64,000 nt of DNA from Bugula neritina (GCA_964035545.1 OZ037765.1:27341504-27405503); one strand, 5' to 3'. Positions 13,970-34,130 are shown, counted from the first letter of the stretch. The notes: generated from the letters alone by a model not told the origin. Numbers and translations are program-made.

Positions 13970-14350
13970 CGATGGATTGGTGCGGGTACTTCGAATTTTT
14001 TCAAGAGCGCACCCTATACCCTTCTTCTCGCTTTTGTCTCTCGACATTTCTTGATAGCTAAACGACACACGGACAGACTTTCGGATATGACGTCTTTCTC
14101 GAAAATGACATCATATTCGAGTTACTTCGGTAATCACGTGGTACAAGTCTTTGCTCTTTGACCTACAGTTGTCCAATGGTTATGCTGTATTTAATCAAGT
14201 CCCACCCAATAAGTGAACCCCGCCTACTTTTCTTACTTTAGCCCCACCTTCTTAACAGTATCAGTCTTGTACATTGCCAGCGATGTCAGTTATGTATTGA
14301 ATCCCAAACACAACGGTTAGTTACGGTGGCATAATGCGAGCATGATGCAT
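13970..14350 (-). promoter_or_regulatory. MED26 5' UTR and promoter
   Basis: CpG-rich stretch directly upstream of the ATG. It carries an E-box (tcacgtgg ~14134), GC/KLF-type boxes (ccccgcct ~14218, gccccacc ~14241) and CCAAT boxes (~14173, ~14206). Confidence 0.65.
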
Positions 14351-15134
14351 GTAAAGTTGCTCTACAATTTGGTCATTGCGCCATTATTTCTATAAGAAAA
14401 GACAACTCCGTATAACAAAAACCTTCCTACATTACAGGACACTTGCAAAATAATTGGAAACAATATTATATATAAAGTGTTTTTTTTTTATAAAACTATT
14501 GTGGAGCGGAGTTTTATTTTCAACTTCCATGGATAGTATAATAGCACTCTAGCCTGAAGGCATATTGTTATAGATATGATGTGATTGAAATTTGAGTGGA
14601 AAATAATGCTAATTTTGCTTAACCTTTGAACAAAATTATAAATTGTACTAGTTGAAAATACAATCACTTATGCTTAAAGACACTATGTCTAAAGTTATAG
14701 CAACATATATAATAACTTAAAAACCAGCATCAAACTTTCTCTAGAGCTATACAAAGAACCATTATATTATGCAGTAAACGAGGATTTTTACTAATTAGGC
14801 AAAACAGTATATAGCAGCATATTAATTGACAAGTTGAGTTACAGAAATTCACTATTCAATATTTATACCTCACAAGAGAAGATTGACATGTCCCTATTAA
14901 ACACTAGTTATTTGTGAGTGATTTTAAAAGTGAATTTATTTTCGGGATTCAACAAAACCAAAAAGTAACAGAACAGTCATCCGCCACAAATACACATAAT
15001 TATTAGCAAAATAATTTTGAAATCCACTCTGTCAAAACAAATAATATTAATGAAATTTGAATTTCAGTAAAAAAGTGAAGATAAACCAATGTTTTAAAAT
15101 TAGTTTTAATTAAATGATTCTAAAAAAGGTGTGT

Positions 15135-17691
15135 TCAAGTAAAGTTGGAAAAGAACTTGAAATGTCTGTTATTAGCTTCTTTTCTTGCTCCAACAAATTC
15201 AATGCTTGAATTAGCTGCTTTTTCCTTTAAAAATAAAAGAAATAGAACACTCAAAATATATAAATAATGCATAAAACACAATGTGTTTAAAAGTTTGAAT
15301 AAAGCAAGTTTTTGATTCTACTACAACACTAAATCAAGTGAAACTGTGTGATTATATCCAATGCACTGTTGAGTATGCACATCATACAATCGAAAATTAG
15401 CCTCATAATACCAATTATAACAGTCCATGTTATTATTGAACAATTTTTGGACATACCGCAGGTGATACACTGCTGTTATCATTATGATGATGAGACTGGA
15501 CACCAATAGCTGGTAGCACAGTAACAGCATTTTCCTTTGTCAAACCAGTGTTTACAATATCTTCACGTTGAAACTTCTCTTTCTGAACATAAATATTACA
15601 TGAAGTCATGAAAGTAGAATAAGAATAGAAGCTCAAAGAATAGAATACATTAGTTTTCATTTTATGAGACTCATTTCCTCAGAGCATTGAAGTACAACAA
15701 GTGTACATTATCACAGAGGTTAAAGGATTTCACTTAAACAGGTAAAGAATAGTTAGCCCGTACAGCATCATACATAGATGGTCTGTGAGCCGGACTTGGC
15801 AATGGAGAAACTGCTTTTGTGTCTGCAACCCTCTTGTTGAACTTAAACCGTTTTGTTTTTGGGTAGTCGCATTGACTTAATGTCTCTGCAGCATCTGATG
15901 ACTCAATCACAGCCGTTTGTTGAGAGTGAATGTCGGGTTCACTGAGGTTGAAATGATATGCTCCATTCTCAACAATACAGTCAGCATTATTTGCGACAGC
16001 AGAAGAAACCTGCTGCCGATTATACAGAGGCGGCTGCTGATACCATCTCTGCTGTCTATGATGTGCAAGCTGTCTTCTATAGTTACGACATTCGTCTTTC
16101 AATGCCCCTTCTTGTTTCAACAAAGATTGCAGGTCTGTTTTCTTTCTTTTAAAATGTAAAACAATGACAATAAAGTTTATTACATGTTACACGAAAAGTA
16201 TAATTCAATAAAATCTAAATTTCTGTATTGTAAGTATTTAGCTTGATAAACCGAGAGAAAAGACAGCATGTGCAGTTAAACAATGCAAACATCAAAATCT
16301 AGAACTTATTCAACTTTCAGGGATGCAAATGATAATCTTTCATATTTTAGTAGTCAAGGGTATATTATTGAATCAGTAGCAAATACAAAGAACACAAATA
16401 AAGGATTTTAAAAACTTGAGACAATTGATAACCACAGTTGAAGAAATGCTACGATATAAAGCTGAATGCTTGTACTAGAGTAAATGGTGGTTCTTTCACA
16501 TAATTTTACACATCATTACACAGTTATTAATTGTCCAAGTCAATTGTTGAAATAACTTTATGCAACAATCATACCCTTCAAGTTCTGCAAAATATATCAT
16601 TATGTACATCTTTAAATGTACGATACTTGTGGAATAACATGATAAATGCATATGATAAAAAACTGAAGTCATGCTAATAATTATTTACTAGTAAAATTAT
16701 TTTCTGGACACGTAAATTTATGCAGCATGTAGTGACCTCTAAGTTACCTTTGATGTCTTCTTTTAATGTTGATATTGTTTCATGAAGTTCACAGATCACC
16801 ATTCTTTGATTCTGAAGTTCATATTTTAGATCATTGAGCTCCTTTACTGCTACAGCACATCATATAGATTTTAGTTTAAATGTCGACCCCTGCTGTATTA
16901 GAACTGTATACTTCAAGTGATTTATTAACAGCCATTTCTACTATAAACCTTTTTACAGACCGACTCTGATTCTGCACTAAATATACTTGCTATGTCTTAT
17001 AGAAAATAAATACTATGCAGTATCGAAAATAAACAAAACACAATTTCATTTCACTACTTACATACAGTTAACTTCAGTTTTTGCTACCAAACTTGACAAA
17101 CTATTTTAGTAGAGGGCATCAATCGACTGGGAGAGCTAAACGTTACATTCTTGCACTCTTACTGTCTACTTTAGCTCAAAAGTCTTACTTAAACTCAAGA
17201 TTCATACTTACACTCATTTGCTTTCTTGCTGCCTGTGCCCACTTGATTATGTTTTACAGATGTTGGCAGCATGTTCAAAAGATCTTCACATAATTCAACT
17301 AAATTTGCAGATGTTGATTTCTGGGCAGCCCAGTTCTCATTCTAGATGTAAATAATATATTAGCAATATTCAATAAAGCATACACCAATATAAAGTACCA
17401 AGTATGATGAAGATGTACAGGTGTTTCTTATTAGTTGAACAAAAGGCAGTAGAATCCGGATTTTAGAAATTGAAATATATAACTAAACTAAGTAAGCAAT
17501 TTAATTTTATCAAGAGTGATTTAAAAGCTTTTCCAATTAAACCATATTTTGATAATAAATATTCTTACCAAATCTTTAGATATACTATTCCAGTGACCTG
17601 AAACTTCAAAAAAGGTAGACTTAGCTGCCTCATGCTCAGCTTGCACCTTCACAAGAGATTCGTCTGAAAAGCAAAAGGCTTCAACTTCCAT
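15135..17691 (-). CDS. Uncharacterised protein with an N-terminal coiled coil and low-complexity C-terminal half
   Basis: Frame-consistent exons: 17691-17569 (MEVEAFCFSDESLVKVQAEHEAAK...), ~17341-17212, ~16850-16748 (VKELNDLKYELQNQRMVICELHETISTLKEDIK), ~16134-~15740/15764 (donor uncertain), 15582-15457 and ~15224-15135 (...RHFKFFSNFT*). No family recognised. Confidence 0.65.
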
Positions 17692-17859
17692 CCTGCTATT
17701 GAAATACTATACCAGTTGTCTGAAAATTAAGCAATTCAATCTTCTTATAAAATGCAACTAAAGTACATATAATCAAAATAACTATTTCTAACCTACTTAA
17801 ACTGAGATCATCATCTAATAATTAAATCAACTAAAAGTTTGTTATTATTAACCTTATTA

Positions 17860-20250
17860 AATTTAATAATGATAGTAAATTACCACGCATATAGTCATAG
17901 TGGAACTGTATCATATTTACATTTATAGAATTGATAATTGCCAAGCACTATTACTATTAATAGCCATTACATTCACTACTAGTATTAAAATTACCAGTAG
18001 TGAATGTAGTAGTATTATGGTATGTCTTAGTAAAGTATTAGTATTAACATCATTTTAAATTTAATTACTATTGCCTAATTATAATATATCAATTATTATA
18101 TTATAATTTGAAGAATTGCATTTATGAATTTACTATTTAGCAGCAGTGCAGACTTAATTATAAGCCTTAGTCATAGTGATATTGAGAATCATCCTGATAG
18201 TGATATTTATAGTTATACTTATAGTAATACTCATACTGTCGTAGTTACTACTAATAGTAGTACTATTGTACTAATATTAATAATAATACTAATAGTAATA
18301 CTAATAGTAATAGTAATCATCATAATGATAATGAAAATGTATAATACAATAAGAATATTAAATTCAATTACAAATACTTTAAACATTAAAAATAAAAGTA
18401 TAAATCAAAATTGAAACATATCAATAAGATTTAATAATTATAATATTAATATTAATAATAATATAATAATAATTATAATATTAATATATTTATACTCATA
18501 CTGTTATAGAAATATTACCCAAATATAAATTATAGATATTTGATAAATAATTATAATGATAATTATTATTATGTATTACTATTAGTATATCACTGACACT
18601 ATATCAATGTAAATTGAATTTATTAAACATCTTATATCAATATGATTAATATCATTATTATAACTATGTTTATTATGCCCTAGCCCTAGGCCTATGCAGT
18701 ATGCGGCCTACGGTATTCCCTGATGGTTATTATTACTTCTGTATTTTAAATTCAAAATCCTTTGAAGAGGTGGAAAGGATAACTCTATAACCGTGTGTTC
18801 ACTCTTAAATATTTAAAAGGAGTTATCTTCTCTCTCATATCTGATGCGGTCGTAAAATTCAGGCAATTACTCATTACCGCTGCTGTAACTTTCGATGTAT
18901 CATTATGATAATGTAGGGCAATAAATTATTATAATGATTATCGTAGCGCACTATGACCATGGCTATGACAGCACTATCAAACGCTTCAAAGTTTTAATAT
19001 TGATATTCATTTTGACATTAGCTTTGCCTTCTACTTCTGTAGAGCAGCAGGCTATCTTACTCTTATTCTTAAAATAGAAAATTAAACAATTATTATTAAC
19101 TTTAACTTAGTGATACTGTCAGTGTGAGTGTTTGTGTAATTTTAGACTGTTCAGTGTTCATGTTTATGTTACTAAATAATAATTTCTAGTACTAGTAGTG
19201 AGTAGTACCATGACCATCAGATCACTACGAGTATCGGTATCAGTTATCACTATCAGTATCAGTATGAAAATTAAATTCTACTTTTACTTTGACGTTGAGT
19301 TTGAATATCTATATCAAGTATCTATATGACATCAATTATCATTATGATTTGTCATTTGATGTTATCACTATGACTATGACTGAGTATCATTATGAGTGTC
19401 GACTTAAGATTGCAATTTTTATTCTCATGATTCTAATGACTAATCATCATGATTATATTATTTGATTTATTAACAATACTAATAGTAATACTAATACTAA
19501 TAGTAATAGTTATACTTATTCTTAATCTTATAGTTACATGATAATGATTATTATTATAATTAATATAATAGCTATTACTATTACTATTAGTATTAGTATT
19601 GCTATTAGATTACCATTATTATAATTGTAGCTTATAATAGTGATAATCTAATTGTGTCATTTATCATTAATATTATATTTACTTTTAGTTTTAGTACAGC
19701 TTTTCGGCCAACTTAAACTTTTATGTTCAAAACTGATAATATAATCATAGAGTTATACTTAGAGACAGTTAAAGTGAAAGTGATAATTATATCCTTCTTA
19801 ATATTGCATTTGCTATACATATTCAACTTATTTTCAATGTTCATTTTTATTTTTATTGCTATTACTATTAGTATTAGCATAAGTATTAATAATTAATATT
19901 GCTACTACTACCACAACTACTAGTTAACAGCTTACTATAACTATAAGACTAAGTACTACTATTACTATTACATTTAGTTTGAATGTATTACTATTAGTAT
20001 TACCCTTAGACTTAGTACTTATTAGTTGGAATAATCATGCTGATATTTATAAGATCAATTAGTTTAATATTTTTAATATTTCTAATAATAATATTATTGT
20101 TAACTTTACTTACAATAATAACATCAATGATGATTTCATTTACAGCTACTAATAGTCAGTAAATATAGTCACTGTTAGTGTTAGCCTGATTAGTTTAGCC
20201 TAATGACCACAATTTTGTAGTTGCCTAATTATTATTGTCATTATAAATGT
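17860..20250. repeat. Degenerate hexamer-periodic arrays on both sides of the 18.7-18.9 kb promoter core
   Basis: e.g. atactaatagtaatactaatagtaatagtaat (18286-18316); agtatcggtatcagttatcactatcagtatcagtatg (~19230-19266). Confidence 0.75.
18670..18900. promoter_or_regulatory. Probable bidirectional promoter core (unknown gene / DNM1L)
   Basis: GC- and CpG-richer island (gccctagccctaggcctatgcagtatgcggcctacgg; gatgcggtcg) between divergent genes, flanked on both sides by periodic arrays. Confidence 0.5.
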
Positions 20251-20861
20251 AAATATTATATTTAGGCTTATTAATTATTTAGGAGAGTCATAAAATTATT
20301 GTGTTGCATTTGTATACTGTTTGATTTTATTATGTCTAATGCTAGTACATATTGGATTAGTTGTTGTGCATGTTTTGTCATTTTGTGGACAATGCATCTA
20401 GTAGCAATTTTATACTTTCAATTAGTTGTAAAATTCAAACTGTAACATTACTAAGTACAGGATAGGGCAAAACAATCTTATTGTTTAGTGTTGGTCTGTA
20501 TGTCTTACAATTTTCAGGAATTTTTTCAATGCAGTTTTTAACATCAAATCCTTTAACCTGTCATTGACTAAAGTCAGTGAACTAAATTCTATTTAATAAA
20601 AGCAATGAACTAGCTGAAGTATGATTTAATGAATTGTAAATGGATGTTAATTCCTCATTTACATCTGCTTGTGCATTTATTGATGAATAGAATTTTATAA
20701 ATTTATGTTTTATAAGGTGAGAGAGTATGTGTGTTCACTTGCATACTCAATTCATACTTCTGTATAATAATATTCTGCTGTATTTTTCTCGTTGTTTAGG
20801 TATATAGAAGCGTAAATTATAAATTTGTAGTTCTTTGCGTGTGAAGCCGTTGCATTAGACC

Positions 20862-26564
<5,703 letters not shown>

Positions 26565-27159
26565 ATTCTGGAGCATCCATTGTTCATTCAAATCTTGGTT
26601 TTTAAATAGTTTATTTTGTCTTGGCTTCGCACCTCTAGCAAGCTGACTAGGTTAATGTTAGATACATTTTTTCAAAATTTTTTTTCCATGTTGTTATATC
26701 TATCTGTTTTCATTGAAATTGTTCTTATTTTTTGGTAAAGGATATTAAAATAGCGTGTATGGTTAAATTTGCAACATTACTGTTTTAAATTATAAATCAG
26801 AGTACTTGAACTAAAAAGATAAAGTCTGTTTTTAATGAACACTACTATTTAGACAATGCATAGTAAAAATATAGTTTGTGCATATTAAACATGGCCCGTA
26901 GGGAACACAAATGCTTTAATTTCAATCTCAAACAATAAATTGTGAACAAACAGTGAATTTTATAATTATGGCAGCTAAATTTCCCTGCTCTTCAGGTTCA
27001 CAAATAAACAATATAGGATAGCTGTTACATATTAAACTATTTTACAGGTAACAGGAAAAATAGAACACTATTTAAAACTATATACATAAATTAGCTATTT
27101 TAAAAAGTATTGAAATAAATTGTGTATAAATGTGAAAAACATAGCTACAGTTTTGTTAA

Positions 27160-30100
27160 TCAAGCAGATAATGACCCCATTTCACTTGAATTGCCAGAGT
27201 TATCAGCACTTGCAACGAGGAAACCCTGATGGTGATCATCTGTAACACTATTTATTGCTTCATGATCTACTATATCGGCAGGTTGAAGCTGCTCTTCTAT
27301 CTTCGCAAGAAGTTCCGGGTGGTACTGCTTCAGTCGCACATGCCAGGCTACGCTAGTTACTGCCGACACTGTGCGGAACTGGTGTATCACATTTCTTGGA
27401 ATGAAATAGATATCACTATCTCTAAGAGTAATCCTTGCATAATGCACTCCTTCTCGGCGCAGCTGGTTAAGTTTAGCATCTTCTACCCATGTCACACACT
27501 ACAAGAAAGGCATTTAATACATTGTGTTTCCATTTGGTTGGTTGATTAGTATGATGAAAACAAAATAATATTGAAGTTTTTGCAAAATTACAAGCTAATA
27601 TCTGCATTCCACTTACCTGAGAAACGGGAGGTTCATGTAGGTCCAACTGTAATTTGTTGACAACATCAAGGAAGTTGACTGCACTAAATGCCACTACATC
27701 TTTTACAATTCTTTCACCATGAAACCTACAAAACACTTGTTTATTTAAAAAATTTTTAATTACCTTTTGAAAATTTGCAAAAATATGAATAAATTGGACT
27801 GCAACATTTTAACTACTACAGGCATTCACTAGCTTAGCTTGTCTTACTTTTGTCCACAATGCACTGCCTTAAGAACAGCTGCCGCTGCTGTAGTTTGTCT
27901 ATCAAACCCTTGACCAATATGATCAGCATGGCATTTAGTCCTATCCTCAACTAGAGTCTCCCTCGGTTCAGAAGATCTTGGTAAGTAAAATTGCAGATTC
28001 CTCAGCTCATTCGACCCACGACTATAAACAAGAGTGCAAGAAACTGGAATAAAATGAGGAAAAAGAGAGTTTTACAGCACAAGCTAAAATGACAAATGTC
28101 AAGAAAGAATAAAAACAAGAAGTAATTGGATTAATTAAAAGAGGTTAGATAACAATAACTTGAATGGAAACAAAAACACAATACGCAACAAATTCAGCAT
28201 TATTGCTAACAAGTCAACTTGTGTTACCCTGATTTAAGCAATCCGTGACTCTCAATAGCATACAAATCAACGAAACTCCTAAAATGTTATCACACACAGA
28301 GAAATTTACACAAATTTTTCTGTTCATGTAAATGGCTTATCATAGTTATGCCACTATTTCAATTTCGGCACCCATAATAGAAAAAATGCTTCAATGTTAA
28401 ACTGACAGGCATGGAAAAACCAGTGAAATAAATCTAAACCTTTAGGAGTTGTCTTCTTTTAGTCAAAGTGCGTAAAAAGTTAATATAATGCAAAATGTTT
28501 CAAATTGTATTAATATATCAAATAGCAAACATGTGCACGGTAGAATTGATAATATAAGTGTTCTAATCAGTGCTCATAGTAACCAACCAAAATGAATATA
28601 ATGACATAACATTAAAAAACTATCAAACAAGCACTGGCACATGGCATAAATTTCCTGCAAGATTACCTATTTTTGATATTTGCTTATGACATATTTTAAA
28701 AGATTTGTAATCACATTGGATATAAAATGTGTGGGTATATCTAACATACATTTTTTGCCTCTTATAAGGTGACTTTGGTAAATCAGCTGTTGGTACAACT
28801 TGTTCACCAGGTCTAGTCCACAATATAGGTCCATCATTACTAGTTTGCCGAGGCATTCCATGAGCAACAGACAGTTCACTCCAAGGCATTGATACTTTTA
28901 GAAACATATTTGCTTCGAGAAGGTCAAGCAGGTCAGTCAGAAAACCTCCTACCTACATAACAAGGATGTGGAAACTTCTTAGATGTATAATGAGCAATCT
29001 ATGTGGAGACAACTCAAGAGTTCAGACATAAAGTATAACACAAAGTTTGAAAAAAAGAAACTATTAAAAATTATAGCAAAGTATTACGCTTTTCTCTATT
29101 TTCATGAACAGAAACTATTAATAGCCAACAAACCTCTTCCTGAGCTAGGCCTACCAGGCTTAGCTGTAGCAAGGGACCAGCTCTGTATGTGCCACACGAA
29201 TATGTGTTGTATATTTTTTCTTTCACTTCTGACATATTTACAGTTTCAATATCAGATTTTCCAAGCATTCCCATCTTCGCTGTCATGTTAGGATGCTTTT
29301 CTGCTAAATAGTCAATGAGATCAGGTATGTCATGTGCTGAGTTGTGGACAATGGCCATAATAAAGTATGCTTGCTGATTTTCATCTTCTAGGAATGCCAG
29401 TTTCATAAATTCATCTACAAATGCTGAACGTTTTGAGTCAGGCAGAGTATCTATCTCGTCTTGGTAACTGTGCAAAACAAGGCCCCCACCATTGGTGTGC
29501 ACTTCAACGTGCAAAAACTTTGCAAATTCACCGGTTATATCAGTAGAAATGTAACGCTTTATAACATGATATTCTGATAGATAAGGCTCCTTAGTGGACA
29601 GTTCGACTTTCGCTTTAGAAACGAACCGCTCGTTGGGTACAGATTCGGGCAAGGATGCAGTAGATTTACACGGCGATTTCATATCATGTTTTTGACGCTT
29701 GTGCCGATGAGAGTTTGGTGTCTTAGTATCGTGATTGTCAGAACCAGTGGGTTTCAGTTCAAGATGCTGTGTACCATACAATGAGGAGATCATGCTCGAA
29801 GTGCTGGGTTGCTTACTTGAGTTGGGTAGGTTTGGTTTTGTTGCAGCTGATTCTTTTCGTTCTTTATCTCGGTGTTTCTTCTTAGATTTCTTTTTTTCAT
29901 AGAAGTTTGATATGTGGAACTTATTAGATGAATTGAGTTTTAAACTTTTCTCCTGACGTTCTGTACAGACAGGGAATGTATTAGCACTAGCTTCCTTGCA
30001 GACAGTGTCTAATGTAACAGTTTCACTGGGAGCTTGATTCCAACTTGCACCGCCTGCCATCATCTCTGGGTGCTTTGGTTTGGCGGGTTTAGAAGTCTCA

Positions 30101-31826
30101 TCTTGTTTTTCTTGTTTAACATTCGCATGATCAGATTTACTATGCTTATGTTTCCGTTCTTTTGACTTATCTTTTTTACGATCTTTATATTTATGGTGGT
30201 GATGCCGGTTTTCCTTTTTAACCTTTTTAAAATGTTTTTCATTTTGATGGCAGGCTGGGTCAGCTTTTCGTTTTGTTGGAGCTAAAATTTAAATAAAACT
30301 GTTTATGGATCTTTAAATTGGCTGCTTTATGTTGTTGACAACTCTTGCTCAAAGATTTGCAATTTCTCAAATATTACAAAGTTGCCAATCTTTATAATTA
30401 CACAGACCCTTACAACTATAACAAACAATACAGCAACACAAATAATATAATTCATTCCTAAAACTTATAAACTACAAGCAGCAAAAATTTAAGTTTTTCA
30501 ATTACCAACAAGTTAGGAATTAATCATTAAATGAATCATTTTTTTTTAAAAAGGCGTCCTATAAAAATATTATTTTAATTCACAAATTTAATGCCCAAAA
30601 TGGTTATACCAGTACTATATATAGCAAATTTATGTTTATATTTTCTTCTAAATGACAACATCACCACATAGTTTCATACAGCAAACTGCACTCGCTATAT
30701 ATGTAGTTCATGTAAAACATTGGTCAATAAATGGAAAACTATGTTACACTTTTCATACGTGTAGAAATACGAAACCATCAATTCCGAACAATCTTGTTAC
30801 TAGCAATTTATCTTATAAAACAGTAATAAGTAATCAAACAAGTGTTTGACAATTTGTGAAATTGACAGAAAAAACTGCACTGTTTTGCTGAGCAATATTC
30901 TTAACTACTGATTTCTTTGTTATAGATCACCACAGAAAAACAAAATACCTTATTGGCCATGCATAAAGGAAATGCACTAATCCCCACACATTCCATAACA
31001 AATTAAAATTCAATAAAAACACCTATAAGTGGCTGCTATAGCAACATAAACTAAATTAGACATTTTTGCTAAATCTAAATACAACACAACTTCAATAAAA
31101 AATGAGGAGAGCCGAGTATACATTGACTAAACAGTTTTTCTACAAAGAATGAACAAGAATTTACTAACCTGCAGCATGATCCATAGAATGTTGAAGTGGA
31201 TTGATAGTGGATGTAGTTGTAGTTAGTTTGATGTCTTCTATTAGGTCATTCTCATGGCCCAGGGGTTCTGTGTTAGTTTTAGGATCAAAAGAAGTATTAT
31301 CATTTAGACTGCCTTCATCAGCTACGAGGTGGTTTACTGAACTACTGCCTTGAGCATTTAATCCTACTGCATCCGATGAACTTATTTCAGGCGATTCTTT
31401 CATATAAGTGTGCACTACAGGCTCTGTCGGCAACTCCTTGGACGAATGAGAATCTTTTGAGGACTTGTGCTCTTTATGAGATTTATGCTTGCGAGTGTCT
31501 GAGTGCTTTTTATGCTTTTTTTCTTTTACACGCTTGCGGTCCTTGCACTTTGCCTGTTTAGGTACAGATGCTTCATAATTGACCGCCACATGACTGTCTG
31601 TTTTCAGAGTACTTTCTTCTGTGCTATGAAGTTCAATATTAGCATTTGAATGTCCATTTGATTTTGTCGCTAAAGGTAAAGCTTGCTTAATTTCAGCATT
31701 ATCATGGTTAGTAGAAATGAACTCCTTTTGAATCATTTCACGATCTTTTAAACCAACACCATTCAGGAGCAGTTTATCATCAGAGCTCACAGCATGAGGC
31801 TCACCATCATTTTCATTCAACACCAT
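27160..31826 (-). CDS. RSBN1: Round spermatid basic protein 1-like (KDM9 / DPY-21 family H4K20 demethylase)
   Basis: Exons ~31835-31169, 30281-29134, 28952-28750, ~28022-27849, ~27725-27617, ~27497-27160. Lys/His-rich N-terminus, then [63 protein letters not shown] and [14 protein letters not shown]...[17 protein letters not shown]. Confidence 0.92.
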
Positions 31827-31959
31827 TTGGCATAGCTACAACATAAGTTAAAACTAGTTAAAGTGATATGAACATAACTATGGTAATTTCTTTTGCACGA
31901 AATCCTCTATTTTTCTTATTCTTTTTCTTACATAAATAGAAGCATTGTTATAACTATAA

Positions 31960-34130
31960 ATAATTAAATATAACTATCACTCACACTAACACATAAATGT
32001 GAGTGTAGTTCTAATTGCGTTATATACAGTATTTATTGGTATATAGCATGAACACTAAGTTTAATTCAATATTAATTATAAATAAAACATCCAAAAGGAG
32101 CAGGTAAGCTTTAGAAAACCAGCTTGAGTCTAATACTGAGAGCAATATTTGTAATACTATGAATATAGGACTACAAGTGAGTATAACTAGTAACTATAAG
32201 CAGTAAATACTGGTTACACCTACTGCTTTTTACTTTATGGTTTTGAACTTTCATACTCATACTCATAGTAAGAGCTACTACCCTCTATCCTCGTTCTAGT
32301 TCTACTCTCACTATGTCTACTAGCACTAGTCTACTACATTTACTATTACCACTACTATAATTATTAGTATTATTATAAGCATCACTATTATTATTGCCAT
32401 CCATAATACTATATTCATGATTTTTAGTAAATATTAGTATTACTAAACATATTATTAGTATTAGTATAGCTATTAAAAATTTTGGTATTAGTATTTTACT
32501 ATGACTATCTACTTATTATTAAAGAAATGCTACTAACTCTAAAAGTAAGTAGAATTAGTAATCATTAGCAATACTGATAGATTGATAGTATTAAAGTAGA
32601 GTAGTAACTGTCAGTAGTCTGTCACTGTGGAGTCTAAAATAATAGTTACCACCAGTACTACTATAAGTATCCCTACTGCTACTAGTGCTAGTAGTAGTAT
32701 TGCTGCTACTAATACTAGTAATAGTATCAGTAGTACTGTAAAACTAAATAAGTACTAGCATTACTATTACTACTAGTAATAGTATAGTAATACTTATAGT
32801 TATACTGTCACTATGAGTATGAGTAGTTAATCTAAAAGTAAAACTTAAACTTATAGTTACTGTTAGACTTGGTACCTGAACTTCAACATTGTCTTACTAC
32901 TAGTGCTAGTATTCCTTTGACTATCACCATCACTATAAAATTACGTATAAATATAACACTCACACTGAGTTTCAGTCTGACACTGAGAGACTCAGACTGA
33001 CTATGATACCACGGTATCATTATGACTATCACTATAAAATTGAGCATGAGTATGAGTATAACAATACTGACATTCAGTATAAAATATATGAATGTCAGTA
33101 CAACTATCAGCATCAGTATCACTATGAGTATCAGTATGACTAACTCAGTCAGATTTACATTTAGTTTTACTCACTATGGGTACTGCTATGACTATCACTA
33201 TAACTATGACTGTCAATGTATGAATATATGTATCAGTATTAGTATGAGTCTCAGAGTATGACGCTCACGCTGTATTTTTATTTTATCATCGTTTAACTAC
33301 TACTAGAACTCTAAAAGTAATTCACTTAGTTGTACAGTTGTACTATAACTATAAGTATAACTATTCTATAAGACTAAGTACAACTAAAAATAACTATAAT
33401 GCTTATAGTTATAGACTATAGACATAGTTATAGTTATACACTTATACACTGTATGACTATAACTATAGTCTATAAGTATTATATTTACTTTATAGAATAG
33501 TTATAAAGTTATACAGTTATACTTATAGTATCTGGGATGAAACCGTTATAGTATTAGTTTTATACTAATACTATTCAATTTCAGTATTTATTAATTGTTA
33601 ATTCTCACCTATTCTCCGCTTTGTCCTGTTCGGTAGCGGAATTTATTAATAGTTTTTACTTATTTTTACACTAATACTTCATTCATTACTTACTCATACC
33701 CATAAATATAATGATACTCATACTGTTCACACTGACGTGACAGTGACACTTAACAGACTGAAACAGTGTGAGTGTCACAGTTAGTGCTAGTAGAGTAGTA
33801 GTAGTATAAGTATTACCGTTACGGAGTTAGTCTCTTACTCTTACTGAATTATTTACTTTTAGTTTTAGTGTTACACTTGCATTCAACTTACAGTTAGTGT
33901 TACTGTTGGTGTTACACTAAATGACTAATACTAATACTAATAGTAATAGTAATAACATAAGTTATAAATAAGTAATCGCACTTCAACTTAAAGTTTATAT
34001 ATAACTATAACTTATAACTATAAGTTTAGAAGCAATTTTAGAAATTATTATTTTAAAACTCCATAGTACTAAGACCTAAGTACATCATCGTCAGCTACAA
34101 CATCAATCAATTAAAAATAATCATAATGAG
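31960..34130. repeat. Degenerate hexamer-periodic array in the 5' region of the RSBN1-like gene
   Basis: (A[CG]TAT[CG])n at ~33020-33260, (ACTATA/AGTTAT)n at ~33340-33530, (A[CG]TAAT)n at ~33923-33960. Confidence 0.8.

Noticed and set aside
33022-33261. Ser/Ile/Thr/Met-rich ORF (also 32883-33122 and 18124-18414)
   Set aside because: By-products of the stop-free frames of hexamer-periodic arrays; no splice or codon evidence.
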